DNA of 63,789 nt, filler included, from Chiloscyllium plagiosum (taxonomy: Eukaryota): the NCBI RefSeq assembly GCF_004010195.1. It is 4 parts of one record of this genome, joined end to end, with 100 filler letters (N's around TTAATTAATTAA, not from the genome) between each part and the next. Parts side by side here need not be neighbours in the genome. Positions count along the whole stretch, not along the records: positions 1 to 26,186 come from NC_057712.1; 3 more parts are not named here. The stretch is one strand, 5' to 3'. Positions 1-12,819 of the stretch are shown piece after piece (position 1 is the stretch's first letter; each line of letters begins with the position of its first letter). A program made the translations under genes and the position numbers. The notes under the pieces were generated by a model, which ran no database searches, was not told where the DNA came from, and worked only from the letters and a program-made list of their open reading frames with translations.

Positions 1-266
1 TACGAGGGGGCATAGTTTTAAATTAAGGGGTGGTAGGTATAGGACAGATGTTAGGGGTAGATTCTTTACTCAGCGAGTCTTGAGTTCATGGAATGCCCTG
101 CCAGTAGCAGTGGTGGACTCTCCCTCTTCATGGGCATTTAAACGGGCATTGGATAGGCATATGCAAGATAGTGGGCTAGTGTAGGTTAGGTGGGCTTGGA
201 TCGGCGCAACATCGAGGGCCAAAGGGCCTGTACTGTGCTGTATTTTTCTATGTTCTATGTTCTATG
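1..266 (+). mobile_element. CR1-type LINE 3' end with (TTCTATG)n tail
   Basis: Translates as TRGHSFKLRGGRYRTDVRGRFFTQRVLSSWNALP (CR1 ORF2 C-terminus) and ends in ttctatg x3; the same family occurs inverted at 10640-10827. Confidence 0.9.
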
Positions 267-989
267 AGACAACCGTGTGGTCTCGACCATGTTGGACTTT
301 GTGAGAATGCACAGGGAGGTTAAGTAGCAGCAGGCAGGCGTTCAGGACTTCCTGGCCATCTTCGTCAAGAAATGGGGACGATGCAGTTGCTGCATTAATT
401 CACTGTCTATCAGCATGTCTGGTCCACTCAGAACCAAACCTGGATCACCTGACCAAATCTTCATGTCAGCTGAGCTGCACAGTGGATCCTGTTCCCTGTG
501 TTATGTCTGTGAAGCAAGGGGACTCAATACCTGGCAGTGGGAGGAAGAGTAGGAGATAAATGTTCTAATACCATGTGTGGGTGATCACATGTACATAGTT
601 TATTGATCATTCTATCTGATGTAAATTATTTATTTATCATGTAAGCTATATCCACAGTTTATTTAGAAAGCACTTTCCACGTTCAAATCACTTTCACAAA
701 CAGTGATATGTAAATAATTTTAACACTTTATAACCTCTTGCATTTCACCATCTGTGGTCACTGTCTCAGTTTCTGTTGTGGTTTTAAATGCTACGCATAG
801 CTTGTGGCATCATTCCTTGGCCAGTAATGAGGCACAAAATGGACACACACAATAATTTCTCTGGTACAAAGATATGAACTCCACCATAGAATAGAGCAGG
901 GAGATTTGACATGTTATAACATTTGTAGCTTCATGTGCAAATGTGAGGGATTATATCAATTTATGAATTGTTTTTCCTCATTCTATTTT

Positions 990-1331
990 GGAATGTAGGC
1001 ATTGTTGGCAGGTTTTGTTGCCTAGCTGTAAATGTCAATGAGCTGTTTGGCTTGATTGGCCATTTCAGACGGCAGTTGAGAGAAGACCACTTTGCTGTTG
1101 GCTTGGAGTCACATGTCGGCCATAGCAGGTTAGGATGGGAAGTTTTCTTCCCTCGATGAGTTTTTATATTAAACAGTAATAGTTGTCACTGACGCCATCA
1201 GACTAGCTTTTAATTCCAGACTTTTATGACTCACATTCAAATTTCACCAGCTGCTGTCATGGGTTTGGGTTTCACATCCCCAGAACATTCAGTTGAACTT
1301 TCAGATTGCTCGTCCAATATTACCATGCACC
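990..1331 (-). mobile_element. Degenerate tRNA-headed shark SINE
   Basis: Reverse complement matches the SINE at 5056-5500, 21050-22040 and 43115-43453 (ggagtcacatgt, taattccaga, atttcaccagctg motifs). Confidence 0.65.
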
Positions 1332-1654
1332 AACAACACCCCCAAATCTTACTGGACCTGGTATTCCCAGGTGCTATGCCATCTAAGCACTCACCAAGTC
1401 TGAGCCTGTTTAGTTTCTGCAATCAGAAAGGAATGGGTGTTTTCAGACTAATATGGTCATTAATGACGTCAAAAGGATATTGAAAAATAAATCTGAATAC
1501 AAAACATAGGACCAATGTAAGATGCCAAGAAGTGAAGGACAAACATGTTTATTTGGAAAGAAAATTGAAAAACATCATCATCTACACAACAAAGGAGGTG
1601 CTAGTTCCTCAGTGAGAAAATTCCAAAAATTCCTTTTTTGTTTGCAAATAACTG

Positions 1655-2118
1655 AATTGAATTGAGTTTATTTATTGTAATGTGTACTGAGGCACAGTGA
1701 AAAGCTTTGTCTTGCGAGCAATACAGACAGATCACAGAATTAAGGAGAATAGGTAGGTAAATAATGGGTAAACAGCTGCAAAACAAAAACACAGGTATAG
1801 GCGAATGTTAAGAGTTTGTGAGTCTATTCAGTATTCCAACAACAGTAGGATAGAAACTGTTTGAAACTGGCTCAACCGTGTGTTCAGGCTTCTGTATCTT
1901 CTCCCTGATGGTAGAGATTGTAGAAATCATTGCCAGGGTGGGATGGATCTTTGAGAATGCTGACGGCCTTTCCTTGACCACGGGCCTGGTAGATGGATTC
2001 TATAGGTGGGAGGTTGGCCTTTGTGATTGCCTGGGCCGAGTTCACCACTCTCTGTAACCGTCTCCAATCTTGAATGGTACAGTTGCCATGCTAGTGATAC
2101 ATGCAGACAGATTGCCCT
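1655..2118 (-). mobile_element. Rex1/Babar-clade LINE 3' fragment
   Basis: Minus strand reads GNCTIQDWRRLQRVVNSAQAITKANLPPIESIYQAR...ILKDPSHPG...PSGRRYRSLNTR, followed by a 3' UTR and a short (AATTC)n tail. Confidence 0.8.
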
Positions 2119-3747
2119 TACAGTTGAATCAGTATGATAACCGTCTCCCATCATTCTGTTTAATCTCTTGTTGATTGCATTTTATAATATCCTTAAGTCA
2201 CGTCGAGAAGGTCTTGTGTTTAAATCTCTCTGCTGCACTTGAACTGAGTAAATCATGCCATGGCTTTCTGGCACTAGCAGATTTCATTCTGTATTTCATT
2301 ACATTTCATTTTATTGAGTCAGAAGGAATTAATGGAACAGATTTGGTCTTGTCTCTGCTGATGAGTCATCATCAATTCTTTGTCAATACCTTACTTAAAG
2401 TGAACAGAAATCACTCAAAGATTTGTCTAATTTACTCTTTTTCTGTATCCATGATAACAGGCCCATCCACTTTTGAATGTATGTTGTCTGTTCATTCCCC
2501 TGGGTGTATTTGCTTTGGAATGTTTAATCAAATGTAGCTTGTCTTTAATCTTTGAATCCCTGCTGTTGGTCTTTCATACAGTTGTCGTCATGTATTCCTG
2601 AAGTACTGTTGCAAGTAGTTTGAAACATCATAATGTGAATGAAATTCATCAATATTACTCTATAATGTCCCCTGACAAATGCAAGAGAGATGCTGGGCAT
2701 AAAATAATTTATTTCTTTTCAAAGATACTTCAGAGATGTCTTGAGAGCTACGTTTTGAAAGTGGGGACTACCTTTTGGCTTTCAGGACCCATTTTTCACC
2801 CACTGACTTATTTATTTGGTGTTATAATCATATATATCAATACCTTATGTATTTTGATAGCATATACAGCAGTTTTATTGACAGAAAAGCAAAATTAGAA
2901 GAATTCATTATTCTCATCAATTAGCAACCCTCCATTAAACTTAAAACCACAGTACAAAAGGGAAACATACATTTTTTGGGACAATATTTAAATTGGTGTG
3001 GGACAGCAGGTATGTTATCAAGTCTTTTTTTCCCCTAAAATATCTGATATACACTTCTACACACAAAAAGCCATCATCTTAAACACATCAGCTATAATTT
3101 GAAGTCACAGCTAATTCAGTTTTCCCTTGCATATGAACAAAGTTAAAACAAGTTAATTAAGTAGGTAGTATCTCTTTTGCTGCATACCAAGTCTCACCTT
3201 CAGATTCAAATTTAATCATTGACATTGTTCATTAAGTAACGTTCACTCAGTTTTCCCCTGTGTACTTAGCCATGAGCTAAGCTTCCATATTTATTTACAA
3301 AGAATTTATTAGTCAACAATTTTAAGTTTTCCTGGATCCTGCTTAGCTGTTGACAGGTTCACAACTATTCTCACTCACTTTCAGTCTCCTTACCCATATC
3401 CTAGTTTCCCTTACCATGTCCCCTACAAGTTGCCTCACTCTTCCATTTTGCATCTTCTCTGTCTCCTCCCTTGCAACCTTCACATCTCCCTATTCCCCCT
3501 TGCCTCTTCTTTTACCCCTACCTTCCTGTGCAGCCTTTCTCTTTCCCCAACTTCCCTTCTCAATGTTACTCTATCACAGACTTTTCGTCGCCCACCAGAT
3601 GTCCATTGCCTGGATCTGGAAGACAGAAGACATGACAGTCAACTCCCTGACCTGGCTTCAGACTCCCCTTGCCTGACACAACCCAGGAAGAAAGGCTTTT
3701 ATGGTGATCGGCTTATGTACCTTGCTCTTTTCCTTAAATAAAAAAAA

Positions 3748-3868
3748 GGAATGCAAATGTTGGAAATCTGAAACAGAAGAAAACAAAGATTGATGGAGGA
3801 TACCCAGCAGGTCTGGCAGCATCTTTGCAGAGAATGCAGAGTTAACATTTCAAATCTCGTGACCCTAG
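3748..3868 (-). mobile_element. Degenerate Penelope-like terminal (pLTR) fragment
   Basis: cagcaggtctggcagcatct...gagttaacatttca motif shared with other Penelope termini in the window. Confidence 0.6.
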
Positions 3869-4252
3869 GTCACCTATCGCTGTGGAATGCGAGAGAGAAA
3901 TAGCCCTGTGTTTGGAGGAATAACTCTTCATTAATTCTGTCTTCTCTACTTGTTAGAGCAACTTTTTTTCTGGTTAGTGGATCTCTGTTTGTATTTTCCT
4001 AAGTGTTTAGGGAGTGTATTCCACTATATTCCCCATGTATTTTGGGCTCTGCAGATGTAAGTATATGAAATAATGGCTAAGAAACTAGTTGATGTAGTGC
4101 TTGTTTTCCAAACATAAAAAGGGTGCTACAATATCTGGTGGATTCCCTGTCTTATTCCATTTGAGAAAAATGTCACGAGCAGATTGGCAAAAGCAGAAAA
4201 GGAGGTGTCTAGTGCCATGCAAGAGACAGGCATTGACTAACATCCCTATAGC

Positions 4253-4872
4253 CATAGAGATAAACAGACCCTTCAGTCCAACTTGTCCATGTCAATCAGA
4301 TATCCTAAATAAATCTAGTCTATTTGCCAGTATTAGGCCTATATTCCTCGAAACCCTTCCTATTCATATACTCATCCAGATGCCTTTTAAATATTGTAAT
4401 TGTACCAGCCTCCACCATTTCCTCTGGTAGCTTATTCTATACATGCACTACCCTCTGCATGAAAACTTTGCCCTTAGGTCCCTTTTATATCTTTCCCTGC
4501 TCACCCTAAACCTATGCCCTCTAATTCTGGACCTTGTCTATTTACTCTATCATGCCCATCATGATTTTATAAACCTCGATAAGGTCACTCCTCAGTCTCT
4601 AACTCTCCAGGTAAAACAGTCCCAACCTATTCAGTCTCTCCCTGTAGCTTGAACCCTCCAACCTTGGTAACATCCTTGTAAATTTTTTATGAACCCTTTC
4701 AAATTTCACAAAATCCTTCCTATAACACAGACACCAAAATTGCACACAGTTTCCAAAATGTGGCTGAATGTCCTGTACAGCCACAACATGATCTCCCAAC
4801 TCTGATATTCAATGCACTGACCAATAAAAGCAAGCATACCAAATGCCTTCTTCACTATCCTGTCTACCTGCA
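4253..4872 (-). mobile_element. CR1 (HER1-like) LINE 3' fragment
   Basis: ORF 4599-4799(-) CVQFW...ERVHKKFTRMLPRLEGSSYRERLNRLGL; CR1 3' UTR. Confidence 0.9.
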
Positions 4873-5055
4873 GGTACAAATAATTGAGCTTGATGCCTGT
4901 TTAAATAGTCTTTTATAAGTTTGGTTTGCACTTAATGCAACTGATAGCAGATTATGGAGTCTAGAAGCATTACCAAAAAAGATAGGACTGTTAAAAAAAA
5001 AATCCCTGATTATGATCTAGAAGGAGCAGGAGTGTTCTTCTCATATTATGGATAG

Positions 5056-5500
5056 ATGATGGCATAGTGGTATTGGAATTAGAATTGCACTTTGAGTTAT
5101 TGTCATGAAATCACAATATTATTGTAAAACTATCAATCCAGAGACCCAGGTAATGTCCTGGGGACCTGGCAGATAGATTAAATAATGATCTGGAAATACG
5201 AGTCTGGTGATGACCACAAAACCATTGCCGATTATCAGGAAAAATCTACCTGGTTTACTCATGTCCTTTGAATTCAGTAAACACGTGGAATTAGGAGTCT
5301 AATGGTGTCCATGCAGACCACTGTCTAATTGTCAGAAAAAAACCCATCTAGGTTAGTAATATGCTTCAGGGAAGGAACCTGTTATCTTTACCTGGTCTAG
5401 CCTACAGCAATGTGGTTGAATTTTAGCTGTCGTCTGAGCAATTAGGGATAAGCAATGAATGCTGATCCAGCCACATCTGAGGAAATAATTTTTAAAAATC
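5056..5500 (+). mobile_element. tRNA-headed SINE with internal duplication
   Basis: A-box-like tggcatagtggt, body tccagagacccaggtaatg...agggaagga, LINE-type tail gcaattagggataagcaatgaatgctg. Confidence 0.7.
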
Positions 5501-5539
5501 CAATACAGTGTTCACACTGATGTTGTTTTGTGCTCTCAG

Positions 5540-6500
5540 AAGTACATAAAGTATAGGAGAAGGAGTAGCCTATTCAGCCCCTCCTCGGGCCTGACTTGCC
5601 ATTCAACAAGATCATAGCTGATCTACCCTAGACCTTAACTCAACAGTGCCATCAATCCCCTGATATATCTGCCTGTTCTATACATGCTTTCAGGGATCTA
5701 ACCTCACAACCTCTGGGAAGACAATTCCAGGCATTCATTGCCGTTTGGGGGAAGAAATTCCTTTGTATTTCAGTTATAAATGAATGTCCACTTATTCTGT
5801 AACAATGTCTCTAGTTTGAGATTCCTGCTGTAGTGGAATCTATTGTCATTTATCCTAATAAGATCCTTGGAATCATGTATGTTTCTATAAAATCACCCTC
5901 ATTCTTCTGAATGCTAATGAATAAGGGACTAACCTCTTTCACCATCCTTCAAAACTCAATCCTTTCATCTCATATCCTTTATAAACACAGGGACAAAACC
6001 TGTGCATAATAGCTGGATTGCAGCCTCACAAACACCTTATATAATTATAACAAGACTTCCCTGTTTAAGCTCCAACTACAGAACAATTAAGGACACAATT
6101 CCATTTTTCTTCTTAACTATTCGCTGCACCCATATAGTAATATTTTGTGCTCCATGCACAAGAACACCAAGATCTCTCTGTGCTGCTCTTTTTTAGTGTT
6201 TCTCCACTTAAGTTATAGTCTACCTTTCGATTCTTCCTTCCAAAGTGTATAATGTCACACTTTCCTATATTAAATTGCATCTGTCAGGATTTTGCCCACT
6301 TATTGAACCTACCTATATTCCCTTGCAGGTCTTTCATGTCAACAGCACAAAATGCCCTCCCGCCTACTTTTGTATCATCAGCAAATTTGGAGTCATTACA
6401 CTCTACTCCTTGGTCCAAGTCATTAGTGTGGGAAGTAATACTTGTGGTTGTAGGAATTGTCCCAGTGGTAGTCCCCTCATTGCTGAGCTCCCTGTCAACA
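5540..6500 (-). mobile_element. Older CR1 LINE, RT C-terminal part
   Basis: ORF 6284-6577(-) contains NDLD...SKFADDTKVGG (RT FADD motif); CR1-type 3' UTR near 5540-5700. Confidence 0.85.
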
Positions 6501-7964
6501 TTTCCTCCTTTTAGAATACCACTGTCCTCTCCACGATTGCTACCTCTTCTCCCCATCACTCCTTTTCTCCTAGTCACCTACAATTTTGATTTCTTCCAAC
6601 TTTTTCTTGATCACCTCCCAAAACATCCAGCTACCCCCTCCCATATCTCTGAAGGTCTACCTGAGATCTGTTACTATCAACACGATGATACAAACTCCCA
6701 TGCCAACTTGTCATCAAGATGCCAATGTGCCCAGAGCTGATTGGCCCCTTTGAAAGAAGGTGCAAACTCTAATATTGAATGTATCTCTGCTATCTCTCCC
6801 TGTATACATTTCACCCTTGTCTCGTTTCCTGGTAAGGTGTCTCCATCAATGGGAGAGCAGGGTGGGAAATTCAAATGAATGCAATTTATTAGAAAAAATA
6901 CATAATTTTCCACTCTTCATAGGTCAAGGACCATAAGCAATGTACACTCTGTTATGCACACTTTTATTATTTCAAGCATTGAAAAAGAAGTTCAGCAAAA
7001 TTGGTTTGCTCAGGAATCTAATCTGGTCTGAGGTTGACTTAGAATATTGGTAGAGTGTAGATATTTCTATTATACAGGTTAAGATACATCATGATACAGA
7101 CCTGGGGTAGGTGTGACTTAAACCCAATCTTTTCCGGCCCAGAGGTGAGGAACTCAACTATGGTATCACAGGATTCTCAAGCTAAATTCCACCAACTACC
7201 ACAGATGAATTTGAACCCATGACTGCAGGCCAATATTTTTGACCTCAGGATTTTTACATCAGTGATATAACCATTACACCTTCATCTCCTCTCAACCAGT
7301 GAAATGTATCATTTTGCTGTTTGGTGTGTTCAGTGTACTGATTTAATTGAAACAATTCTCTAATAATTGGTTTTATTAATGTTATTCATAAGAAAAAGTC
7401 TGCTAATGTGACAGACGCTAATCAAACTCTACATTTTTTTCCAATGTTTGTTTGGTGATAGGTAGATTTGAATACTGTAACAGAATGAATAAACCAGCCC
7501 TTTGGCCCTTGTGAAGTAATGGAGCACACAGACATATGGGCCTTATATCTATGATGTGCTAGTCTATGCATAAAACTATGGTTTCCTAAAATCAACTTGC
7601 AATCATTTGGCAGTTTTGAAAGAGTTAGATTATCAGGGGGAAAAAAAAACATGGAGAAAGAAGAAATCAGATGTTGAAGCCCAATATTGTTCATTAACCA
7701 GATAAGTTTATGTGGATATCACATTCAAACACTTACGAGATAAATTCTTGAATTAATTATTAGATAATCTCTATTTCCAAATAGATATTGTCAGTTTGGC
7801 CTGCCCTTTTGGGAAGACAGTAGTTAACGTAGAAGCTTTGAGGTATGGTCACTGTAGTCCCAAAGTTTCAAGTGGGTTTAGAATTTTGGATATACAACGT
7901 GAAAACCAGTTATGTAACTTTGTAAAATGTGAACATAAAAAACAAAGTGTATATTAATTTATTT

Positions 7965-8060
7965 AATGGTTTCATGACCTCAGGAAGTCCCAAAGCATTT
8001 TACAGTTACTAGAACACTTTTGAATTTTCATCACTGTTCTAATGTGGGGAAATAATGTTA
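7965..8060 (-). mobile_element. Deu-SINE (SacSINE1-like) 3' tail fragment
   Basis: catgacctcaggaagtcccaaagcattttacag...tcactgttctaatgt resembles the reverse of the Deu-SINE tail. Confidence 0.55.
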
Positions 8061-9159
8061 ACAATGAATCTTTAGTTGATAAGTACAGTTGTTTGTATTA
8101 AATTGAATGAAATAATCATATTAATAGAATTAACCCCCATAAGCAAAATAAAGAACATTGCAGACTCCAAAGGCTGAATGATAGGCCTCTGGTCCAATGT
8201 TCTTCTGTTCTGAGTATACCTCTTTTATATGTTTATGTCAGATACCTGGCTTCTTTGTGGGTACTGGAAATGGATAAACATACCTGTGTTATCACAATGA
8301 TCAAGACATTCTTTTTGTGACTGTGAAAATATAGTTCACCACTTGGTCTAGGGGGCAATATTTTATTCATGCACTGAGCCCAAACTTTTATCTTAAAATT
8401 CTTTAATTGAAGTATTTTGCTGTCTGCAATCTGGTAACTTGGAGCACCTTCTTAGCCCTTGAGGATGGAGGCCAATGGAAAGCATTTACCAGACCAGTAA
8501 CCAAGGACAACCATTTCAGAACCAAGGAAGGCTGTCTCAGAACTGGCACTGCAGTCCACATGATATGCTTTTAAAACTCCCTACATTCTTCTTCAGTGAT
8601 AAATGATGCATGTCAAGCACACCCTCCTTTAAATCAGATGGATATCTGGTACCTTCCATACCTTTGCTTCACTTACAATCCCAGGTAGATTAGTTTCATC
8701 ATCTTATTGATATTTATCATAGTTTACTTTTCAATAAATTAAATTTATGTTGTCTTGTATTGATGTGATTCTTGATGTAACATATCAAGTTCAACATATC
8801 ATACAATTTAAACAGTACAAACAGCTCAGACTGTGAGAAGCCCTGTTATGAACAGTTTACATAAATCTCATTTTTGCTTTCAGTGGAGGCAAAAGACAGA
8901 TGGTATAATGATTATCAGCCTGTTATACACCCAATTTTCCTTTCAATTAATGAGGCATATGACTGATGATCTGCTGCCACTCACTTGCCAACACTAAAAC
9001 TTAAAATCAGCTTTATAATTTTTTTTTATTGTCCATTCCCTTTGCACTGGGGATTACTGTTGCTTCTCCTTTCTGCACTTTTTACAATGCAGGCATGTCA
9101 TTTTTTTTTGAAGCACAGCAATCAGAAGTGTGAAATGAAGACCATTATTTTTTCTTACA

Positions 9160-9385
9160 GAAGGTCACGAGTCTTTGGAACTCTCGTCCAGAAAAGGTGG
9201 TGAAAGCAAAGTCATTGAATATTTTTAAGGTAGAGGTGAATCAATTTTTCATGACAAGGAAGTGAAAGGTTATTGGGGGTGGGTGGGAATGTGGAGAAGT
9301 CAGATGAGCCATGAGCTGATTGAATTGGAGAGCAGGCTCGAAGGACTGAGTGGTTTACTTCTGCTCTTGGTTTGTACGCTCATAT
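9160..9385 (+). mobile_element. CR1 3' end, degenerate
   Basis: tggaactctcgtccagaaaaggtggtgaaagc...gagcaggctcgaaggactgagtgg, typical CR1 3' terminus. Confidence 0.7.
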
Positions 9386-9389
9386 AACT

Positions 9390-9830
9390 GTGCACAATAT
9401 TTCAGCTTTGTTTACTCAATTGTTGTATTACTTAGTACAATTTTGTGAGAATTGTACTTTGCTGTTCTGGTCATGTGTTTCAGGATTCATTTTGCCACTT
9501 TAATTGCTTCTCTGCATTGCCTTGATGTGGCAAATCTGCCAACACTCCCAGATCTCTTTTCAGTGTCGCTCCACTAATTCTATTTCTGCTATGTCGGAAT
9601 TCTTTCTTCCAATACATAGTGTTTGAATGTTGCATTTATTTTTAAGAAAAATGTCATAGATTCCAGAAGAATCAGAAGAATAAACACATAGTTACACATT
9701 TCTTCTTTATGGCTATTCCAATAATTTATTTTATTTAATGTGTTATGTTGCTTCGTGATCCTTTCTGTTATCCCTGTATTTTCATTCATTTGCACCTTCT
9801 GTTTTAGTCCTCCTTGAAGCTTTCAATTTA
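9390..9830 (-). mobile_element. Ancient CR1/L3-like ORF2 remnant
   Basis: Minus strand reads, with frameshifts, RDLGVL...SRQCREAIKVA...RTAKYNS...LKYCAQ, matching the CR1 EKDLGV...LEYCVQ region. Confidence 0.55.
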
Positions 9831-10639
9831 ATTTAATTGTTTTAATTAGGTAATAAAGCAGCTGTGGTGGAAATCTTGTTGCTTCTCTGTCATTAATTTG
9901 CAAAGGTCCATGCAGTTTTTTGATTGTAGCTCCGTGCACTGAGTTCATGCTATTTACAATCTTGTGGTTTGAGCTTTATATTCATGACTGCATGGTGCTC
10001 TTGTTGTGCAGTTTGTTGTTTTTGCTTCTTTGATTAATGTTTTCATTTATGGTGGTCATCAAGCTCACATTTATGAATGAGAATTGTTTTTCCGCTTGGA
10101 TTTTTGCTTGATGTAACTTCTGCACTCAAGTTAATACCTTCCGAGGAGCTGTAAATCCTCCGACAACCTGCCTAGTGTAATGATTAGACTCTTGGCCCTT
10201 GGGACTGTGCCGACCTGCTTGTCTATGCATATCATGCTGTAGAAGTTATATATCCAACAGACGTCTTGCAGACAGTATAGTAGTCCCCCTGGTCTAGGGA
10301 ATCAAGAATGAATGAAAGGGCAGGCTAGTCCTTTTGGATCTCTGAATGCTGCAAGCGCTTTTCAGATTTTGATAATTTCCCAAGTTTCCAGGGACTTAGT
10401 GCCATCTCATGATGTTGGAAAGCTATAGATTTGGATTCACTTCAGAATGCTTATGAACAAGATTGAAAGTCTGCAGGTCCCTGTCAGTGATAACCATACA
10501 GTTAGCATTCTATGTGGCAAAAACATCTCAAACGAACATTTGATGGGATTTCAAATTTCATGAGTGTGTATTGTCATACGTCTCAACTTCTAGTCATTCT
10601 GAACCTATTGTAATGTGGACAGTACAGGAGGAGTACGTA

Positions 10640-10827
10640 TAGAACATAGAACATAGAACATAGAAAAATACAGCACAGTACAGCCCCTCTGGCCCTCGAT
10701 GTTGCGCTGATCCAAGCCCACCTAACCTACACTAGCCCACCATCCTCCATATGCCTATCCAATGCCCATTTAAATGCCCATAAAGAGGGAGAGTCCACCA
10801 CTGCTACTGGCAGGGCATTCCATGAAC
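10640..10827 (-). mobile_element. CR1 3' end, (TTCTATG)n-tail family
   Basis: Reverse complement of positions ~80-266; agaacat tandem tail. Confidence 0.9.
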
Positions 10828-12574
10828 ATATTCACTTTATGAATGTTAGGTGGAGGTTGCTGAGAGTGGTGGACTGGCATTTGGTACATATTGGCTTCTG
10901 TTGATTGTTTAAATGGGAAGGGAGGAGCAAATTAAAGACAATTGGCTACCTTGTATCTGCTTCACTGACTGGGCCTGTGCTCTGCTATCTTGATTCCTGC
11001 AACAAGAAAAACAAGGAAATGTTTCAACTGTTACAGAAACTTCATCCAGAATATACACATGTTGAAAAGGAAGTTATTTGGAAGATGAGGAAATCAGGCA
11101 TAAGATGTAGAAGACATGAGTTTATAGTTATTAATAATACCCTACATATCTTAATCGAACTATCACAACAGAGTAATAGGTGTTCAGAAGGAATTTTTTT
11201 CTTGAGTTATAGCTTTGCTTAGGTGATATTTAAACCCAATCTGAGTATTCACAAAATAACTTTCAATTGTGATACACATTTATTACTCTTTTTTCTTCAG
11301 TCGCTAAAAATGTTATTAGAAAAATGTATCTAACCTTAGTGGTTTGCATTGAATGTTGGGGCACGAACTCCCAATAGGGAAAATGCCACATGGAAAACTT
11401 TCCCTTTTGAGTGTTCACAACTTGATAGTTTTATGCACACTATTTGCAAAGTAGACAAGAGAGGGGAGAAAGGGAGGATATCCTCTTTGGATTCAGTGGA
11501 AATATAAACCAGGACAGATAAGGAAGGGAGTCAACTTGATGTCAATTGCTTTACAATATTATACAAAGCCAAAACCCCTCTTCCTCTCACCAATGTCAAG
11601 TTACATATCAGCTTGAATGTACCAAACTATTATTTGTCCTCTTTATAACTTCATGATACATGAAAATAAAGTGCATTGCCTTATTGTTCCATTAATACTA
11701 TTGTCAAGCAAATGGAACAGGAATTAATGTATGGGCATGGCAGTTCATTGTGTTGTAGGAGCTGGTACTCACAAAAAGAGTTGCTGTGACCATTCTCACT
11801 AAGCACAGAAAACTGCAAGAACTGCATTGTTTGGTGTGGCAGAGGAAAGCCACTTGCTTGTCTAACCAGAAGTGTTTTGTGTAGTTAACAAGATGCTAGC
11901 TGTCATGTGCTAGCAGTTACTTACAGGATACATTGATATGATAGATGTTGTAACAGAGGTTTGGAGGGGATGGGGGCATGGTGTAGCTAACGTTGGTTTT
12001 CCCACCTTCAAGGTCCTAAGTTCCTAAACTGTTCTGTCCTGACATCATCATAGTGACGGAAACTTCTGAAACTGCTCAGTATTAACTTTTCAGACCTGTA
12101 GACAACATTTCACCCTGAGCTTTTGTCTTCTCATTACTAGTATTAGACAGTTTTTTAAAAAATATAATTAACATTAACATTTACTGCAAACCCATATCCC
12201 CCAGGTATGACTTTACAAATTCAGAAAATCTGTAGGTTGATTTTTCTTTAGGAAGGTGTACTTTTTAGACTTGGAAGACTGAATGATTGTTGGTTGAACA
12301 TAGCTGACTTTGATTCTCTTCTTAATAGGTTGAGGTCACAGAATCACATGGTACCATTTGGCTCATTGTGCCTGAGCCAGTTCTTCAAATGAGCATCATT
12401 ACCCGGTGTAAGTTTGTTACCCGGTGTCTCTTGTGTTATCAAATTCACATTGGGTAAATCTCAATCAATCATTGCTTATGATTAACTCATAATGTGTTTC
12501 TGCTGTTCCTTGGTATCACCCTTTATGCAGGATAAACAATATATGATCTCTGCTTCTTCAACAGAAGAACTTTA

Positions 12575-12755
12575 TTGGGCTTAGGCCCATCTTCACCTGT
12601 TTCATCAATGTCCTTCCCTCTACATAAGGTCAGAAGTGGGGGGTGGTCGCTGAGGATTGCACAATGTTCTGTACTGTTCATGACACTGAAGCAGCCCTTG
12701 CCCAAATGCAGCAAGTCCTGGTCAATATCTAGATTTAGGCTGATAAGAAGCAAGT
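12575..12755 (+). mobile_element. LINE RT fragment (CR1-group family distinct from HER1)
   Basis: Degenerate LGP-IFTCFINVLPS-IRSEVG-VAEDCTMF (RT core, FADDC-like). Confidence 0.6.
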
Positions 12756-12819
12756 TCAAGGATTCTGGGTAGTCCAAGACAGAGGGAAGGAAAAAATTGT
12801 GGCTGTAAGGGCTGCTTCT

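Noticed and set aside
267..560. GC-richer unique segment with a ~58-codon open stretch
   Set aside because: No recognisable protein and no convincing splice signals.
2140..2700. Purine-rich minus strand suggesting a decayed gag or other transposon ORF
   Set aside because: No motif could be read with confidence, and there are many stops.
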